From IMG/VR virus record IMGVR_UViG_3300048121_000993, positions 1 to 64,000 of that record: 64,000 nucleotides of DNA; one strand, 5' to 3'. Positions 60,290-64,000 of the stretch are shown here, piece after piece. Under the pieces are notes generated by a model that was given only the letters and a program-made list of their open reading frames with translations, ran no database searches and had not been told where the DNA came from. The translations under genes and the position numbers were made by a program. Within the stretch, counting starts at the first letter, position 1; each line of letters opens with the position of its first letter. Source of the DNA: a virus. Lineage: Duplodnaviria > Caudoviricetes.

Positions 60290-60456
60290 CAGAGCGACCT
60301 CGGCTCAGAAAAAAAGAGCGGCAGTTAGTGCCACGCTAACTGACTCTGGGAAAGACCAGGGCATAACCCATGCCTTACAAGCGATACATTATGAGGTATC
60401 GTGGTAGCGGCCAGGAGAGACTGGCAAATAACGGATGCTTTCCCAAAAACATCCAC
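60290..60456 (+). ncRNA. Candidate structured RNA (seven consecutive hairpins, possible long-range pairing)
   Basis: GC-enriched intergenic segment with stacked inverted repeats, downstream of ATAAATA at 60228-60234. Confidence 0.55.
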
Positions 60457-60477
60457 ACATATAACGGAGAATATAAA

Positions 60478-60684
60478 ATGGCTAACACTTTTTTTAGTGC
60501 ATGGTCGGGATTATTCAATGGCTCACGTAGAAGTCGTGTGGCTTACAATAACACCCTAATGACTTATGCAAAAACAGAATATGGTTCTGATTGGCAATAT
60601 GCCTACAACTATATGCTAGAACACAAAGGATCTGCACCAAAGATGGGTCTTGCAGATATCAATATCAAGGCAGCAGTAAAATGA
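60478..60684 (+). CDS. Small hypothetical protein
   Basis: GGAG SD; YAKTEYGSDWQYAY. Confidence 0.7.
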   Translation: MANTFFSAWSGLFNGSRRSRVAYNNTLMTYAKTEYGSDWQYAYNYMLEHKGSAPKMGLADINIKAAVK

Positions 60685-60866
60685 CAACAACATTAATATA
60701 CAAACAAACATGTAGTGTTTGTGAAAAAATTAAACAAGCATCATTAAAAGTAATGATGGCTATTTGGTCATTTGGTGAATCGGCAGGTCGTGCAAGAGCA
60801 GCCGCTGAATTACATAGACAAGGCTACACAGAAGAAGCAAAAAAACTAATGCTGGAGAGTAGATAA
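60681..60866 (+). CDS. Small hypothetical protein
   Basis: ATGA overlap; GRARAAAELHRQGY.EEA. Confidence 0.7.
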   Translation: MTTTLIYKQTCSVCEKIKQASLKVMMAIWSFGESAGRARAAAELHRQGYTEEAKKLMLESR

Positions 60867-61057
60867 TGATTAATACTATAACAAACAAATTAAGTTGGTT
60901 AAAACGTGCTTATACAAACAGTCAAGGACGCAGAGCAACTGAAAAGGCTTTGTCGGAATTAAACGACTTTGAATTAAATGATATTGGATTATGCAGAGGC
61001 GACATTAGATCAGTTGCTCGCGGTGATCTTAAAGCATATAAAAGATCAGTTAAGTAA
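60866..61057 (+). CDS. DUF1127 (YjiS-like) small protein
   Basis: RRAT..ALS.LND..L.DIGL.R.DI signature. Confidence 0.85.
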   Translation: MINTITNKLSWLKRAYTNSQGRRATEKALSELNDFELNDIGLCRGDIRSVARGDLKAYKRSVK

Positions 61058-61191
61058 TGTTTAAAAAGTTTTTAAAAGCAATGGAATACAGAAGTTATTG
61101 CATGAGCATCAGGCAACTTCGTCAATTAGGCGAACATGAAAAAGCTAATGAAATTTCTGAATATAAACATAAGATGTATAACACATTTTAA
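61057..61191 (+). CDS. Small hypothetical protein (44 aa, not in ORF track)
   Basis: TAATG overlap; MFKKFLKAMEYRSY...RQLRQLGEHEKA. Confidence 0.6.
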   Translation: MFKKFLKAMEYRSYCMSIRQLRQLGEHEKANEISEYKHKMYNTF

Positions 61192-61223
61192 TTTAGTGTA
61201 GTTTTAATTGCATAAATAGTTGT

Positions 61224-62201
61224 ATGAGTAAAGTACATCTATTAACAGAAATAATAATAAAATTACAGAACCTTAGTACTCAGGATGAGAAACTAAAGCT
61301 TCTGCATACCTATAATAAAGAAATCATACTACAACGTATAATTACTATAGCGTATAATCCTTGGATTGATTTTGGAATGAAAGATTTTGTGCCAAAGCGT
61401 TTAGGTAAAAAGTTTGGTATGGGTTTGAGTAAATTCCTACATATTTTAACAGACATCATAGACGAAAAATATGATGAAAGAGAAAAGAACTTTTCTTGTC
61501 AAATGGCTATGCAACATATAGATGAGCGTGATGCTGAACTATTTGTTAATTTACTAAGACAAGATCTGGACTTAGGACTCGAATTAGAAACAATAAATGC
61601 AGTATGGCCTGGATTAATAATGATTTATCCAATAAGCTCGCCTACTGTAGCAGACTATAAAACATTTAATAAATATCCAGCCGCAGTACAACCTATTAGT
61701 AGAGGTTTACGAGTTAATGTAATTGTACATAAAGATATAGTTACTTACAGAGACAAAGAAGGTAACAATATCGAAGGTTGGAATATACACGACGAACAGT
61801 TTGTAAATTTAGCACAAAACAATAGTACAGTATTTGATGGTCACGCAGTTGTGGTTAATGGTACAACTATTGTCGAGACTGATAATCAAAAAGTATTAGA
61901 AGCAGACCCGGAAAACATCAGATTTAATTTTTGGGATGTTATTAGATATGATGGATTTATTACTGGTACAGATACTCGTATAGGTTATAATTGGCGTAAT
62001 AATGGATTAGAACATATGATTATACTTGCTATAGATAAGAATAAAACACCTTGCTATGACATTGTAAAGGCTGATCTAGTAGGAAGTGATGAACAATTAG
62101 CGTTAACTGTTGAAAAGTATAAATCTAAATGTGTTATTAAAGCATTAGACGGCACATGGGTACATGGAACTGATCCAACACAAGTTATTTACGAGTCTTA
62201 A
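61224..62201 (+). CDS. Degenerate ATP-dependent DNA ligase-like protein
   Basis: T4-ligase-like N-terminal domain, VFDG, FWD; motif I reads QPISRGLR rather than KxDGxR. Confidence 0.6.
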   Translation: MSKVHLLTEIIIKLQNLSTQDEKLKLLHTYNKEIILQRIITIAYNPWIDFGMKDFVPKRLGKKFGMGLSKFLHILTDIIDEKYDEREKNFSCQMAMQHIDERDAELFVNLLRQDLDLGLELETINAVWPGLIMIYPISSPTVADYKTFNKYPAAVQPISRGLRVNVIVHKDIVTYRDKEGNNIEGWNIHDEQFVNLAQNNSTVFDGHAVVVNGTTIVETDNQKVLEADPENIRFNFWDVIRYDGFITGTDTRIGYNWRNNGLEHMIILAIDKNKTPCYDIVKADLVGSDEQLALTVEKYKSKCVIKALDGTWVHGTDPTQVIYES

Positions 62202-62940
62202 TTTTCTTAATATATTGATTTCCAAAGTGATCGTATAACCCATCAAAGAACTGAAACTTAGTAATAGCTTTACCAGTTCCTTTCATTCTATCTTTAAATC
62301 GTTGCCACCATGTTACTTTGGTTTTGATATGCACATCATATGTAATATATTCTATTTGCCCTACATGTTTGTAATATCCAAAGAATGGAACTCTAGTAAC
62401 GACATCATTGTTATTAACAAATCTATACGCCTCTATATCATTGAACTGTTTACCCCATTCTCTGTCACCTACTTTTGGTGACCCATATGTATATAAAACT
62501 AAATCTGCACCTGCTTGGTGAAATCTACTAGCACATATAGTTGCCATTGCAGCTCCCAAACTATGTCCAGTAATTACTATTTTTTTAGTAGTTAGTTTTT
62601 TACCTAACCATTTAATAATTTCAGGATATAGTTTATCTAGCTCAGTTTTAAATCCAGAATGTACTGTACCTGTTGTATCAGCACTTGCTGGCCAAGCCTT
62701 AATATCTGCTATTAAGTCGCCCATTTGAGCGCCTTCAGTACCTCTAAAAGCAACGATCACATAGTCAGGCATAACAATACCATAACCTTGTGCGTTTTCT
62801 TTTTCAAAGAATTTAACACTCGAATGTTTTATTTTATTATCTTTTAGGAATTTAACTACTTCTGGTTTTTCTTCGTATACTATTTTTGATACATCTATAC
62901 ATAATTCTGCCAGATGCCAATCTATATTATTTTTTAACAA
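62185..62940 (-). CDS. Lipase class 3 family protein
   Basis: VAFRGTE, VHSGF, TGHSLGAA, TYGSP, VNNNDVV.RVP. Confidence 0.9.
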   Translation of the reverse strand: MLKNNIDWHLAELCIDVSKIVYEEKPEVVKFLKDNKIKHSSVKFFEKENAQGYGIVMPDYVIVAFRGTEGAQMGDLIADIKAWPASADTTGTVHSGFKTELDKLYPEIIKWLGKKLTTKKIVITGHSLGAAMATICASRFHQAGADLVLYTYGSPKVGDREWGKQFNDIEAYRFVNNNDVVTRVPFFGYYKHVGQIEYITYDVHIKTKVTWWQRFKDRMKGTGKAITKFQFFDGLYDHFGNQYIKKIKTRK

Positions 62941-63238
62941 TTAATTTCTCCAGTCTGTGTGTAGGTATGCGGGTATTATAGATATATCTCCACACCTTAC
63001 CACGACCATTATCAATTTCAAATATAGTTTCTCGCATACCTATACTAATAATAGTGGCTTTTTCTCCATCTAAGAATACTTCGTCGCCGGGTTCAAATCC
63101 AGGCTTCATTTTCCAACGAAGACTTGCTACAAAATCTCCTACAGCTTCTTTAAACCATAATACTATTATTGCAGTAATTCCTAGCCCTATTAACGGTTCT
63201 AATAACATTGATATTTTCATTGCTTCTGATTCTAACAT
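62927..63238 (-). CDS. Small membrane protein with MscS-like beta domain
   Basis: TM helix followed by F.PGD.V...G....I..IG.R.T. Confidence 0.6.
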   Translation of the reverse strand: MLESEAMKISMLLEPLIGLGITAIIVLWFKEAVGDFVASLRWKMKPGFEPGDEVFLDGEKATIISIGMRETIFEIDNGRGKVWRYIYNTRIPTHRLEKLIVKK

Positions 63239-63272
63239 ACTATAACTATTTATTAAAAATAGACAAAAACTA

Positions 63273-63301
63273 TTGACAAACAGATAATAATATACTATAA
63301 T
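63273..63301 (+). promoter_or_regulatory. sigma70 promoter
   Basis: TTGACA-17 nt-TATAAT. Confidence 0.75.
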
Positions 63302-63328
63302 TACACTAATGAAATAAAGGAGTCTATA

Positions 63329-63865
63329 ATGACGAAAGAAAATAGCAATGTACCAGCAGTTACATTTAAAGTACGAGTACCAGATCCGTCAAACAGTAAA
63401 ACAAATTCCTGTGAGATTGTACCATCAACTTGGGCAGAGCTAACAACAGATGAAATCTTCAAAGATAAACTAGTTGTAGTGTTTAGTTTACCGGGTGCAT
63501 TTACACCAACATGTAGTACATTCCAGTTACCTGGATTTGAATTATATGCACAGGATTTTTATGATATAGGTGTAAGCGACATTTACTGTATCAGTGTTAA
63601 TGATTCATTTGTTATGAATGCATGGCGTGATGCTAATAATCTTAAGAATGTTAAAGTATTGCCAGATGGTAATGGAACATTTACAGAAGCCATGGGTCAG
63701 TTAATTGACATGAGTGGTGTAGGATTTAACAAGCGTAGTAGACGATATGCAATGATTGTTGAGAACGGTGTAATTAACAAAATGTTTATTGAACCCGATG
63801 CATCAGCAGAAGATTCTGATCCGTATGGTGAAACAACACCAGAAAATGTTTTTGCATCTTTATAG
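63329..63865 (+). CDS. Peroxiredoxin (Prx5/Redoxin family)
   Basis: LPGAFTPTCS, SVND.FVM.AW, PDGNG.F, RS.RYAM. Confidence 0.92.
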   Translation: MTKENSNVPAVTFKVRVPDPSNSKTNSCEIVPSTWAELTTDEIFKDKLVVVFSLPGAFTPTCSTFQLPGFELYAQDFYDIGVSDIYCISVNDSFVMNAWRDANNLKNVKVLPDGNGTFTEAMGQLIDMSGVGFNKRSRRYAMIVENGVINKMFIEPDASAEDSDPYGETTPENVFASL

Positions 63866-63876
63866 AGGAGTAGCAA

Positions 63877-64000
63877 TTGAAAATATTTAAAGAATCAATT
63901 GATAACTTCTTCAGGTGGGTTAACTCTAGCGAATTAGTAGAGTTAACTGATATTGATGTAAGTGAAGATCCAGTAAGACCTGATTTGGACTTAGAATTCA
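63877..64000 (+). CDS. Start of a hypothetical protein (runs off window)
   Basis: GAGGAG SD, TTG start, frame open to the end. Confidence 0.6.
   Translation, partial: MKIFKESIDNFFRWVNSSELVELTDIDVSEDPVRPDLDLEF

Noticed and set aside
60316-60426. Calling the leader a cobalamin riboswitch
   Set aside because: Only loose resemblance (gccaggagagactggc versus the B12 box); other core elements were not recognisable and downstream genes are not B12-related; needs an Rfam scan
60370-60477. N-terminal extension of ORF 60370-60684
   Set aside because: No SD at 60370, a good GGAG SD precedes ATG 60478, and the extension overlaps the hairpin region
1-64000. Stop-codon reassignment
   Set aside because: Core genes are full length under the standard code, TAA/TAG/TGA all end genes, and no suppressor tRNA was seen

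Overview
AT-rich fragment of a large (probably jumbo) tailed phage genome with T4-like core genes. Nearly all genes are on the + strand, the genetic code looks standard, and there is no CRISPR array or obvious mobile element. It contains: a packaging/replication block (terminase large subunit, gp32-type SSB, UvsX, UvsY-like, UvsW, clamp-loader-like subunit, a miniature DnaE-like polymerase core, primase, DnaB-type helicase); a run of probable virion/head proteins; NrdAB, glutaredoxin and PAAR; four tRNAs (Thr, Ala, Asn, Glu) interleaved with an ~11 kb island of modification-type enzymes (GATase, ferritin-like, radical SAM/SPASM, SET, SGNH, Fpr, 2OG-oxygenase-like, five divergent sulfotransferase-fold-like proteins); an early region driven by repeated sigma70 promoters that carry a palindromic operator; a host-takeover module (ClpP, ClpX, ClpS, Hsp20 with a ROSE-like thermometer, IF3, bS21, (p)ppGpp-hydrolase-like HD protein); GuaC; and a multi-hairpin RNA leader preceding a DUF1127-containing small-protein array. 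The host is probably a proteobacterium (inference only). All protein calls come from reading motifs by eye; no database searches were run.
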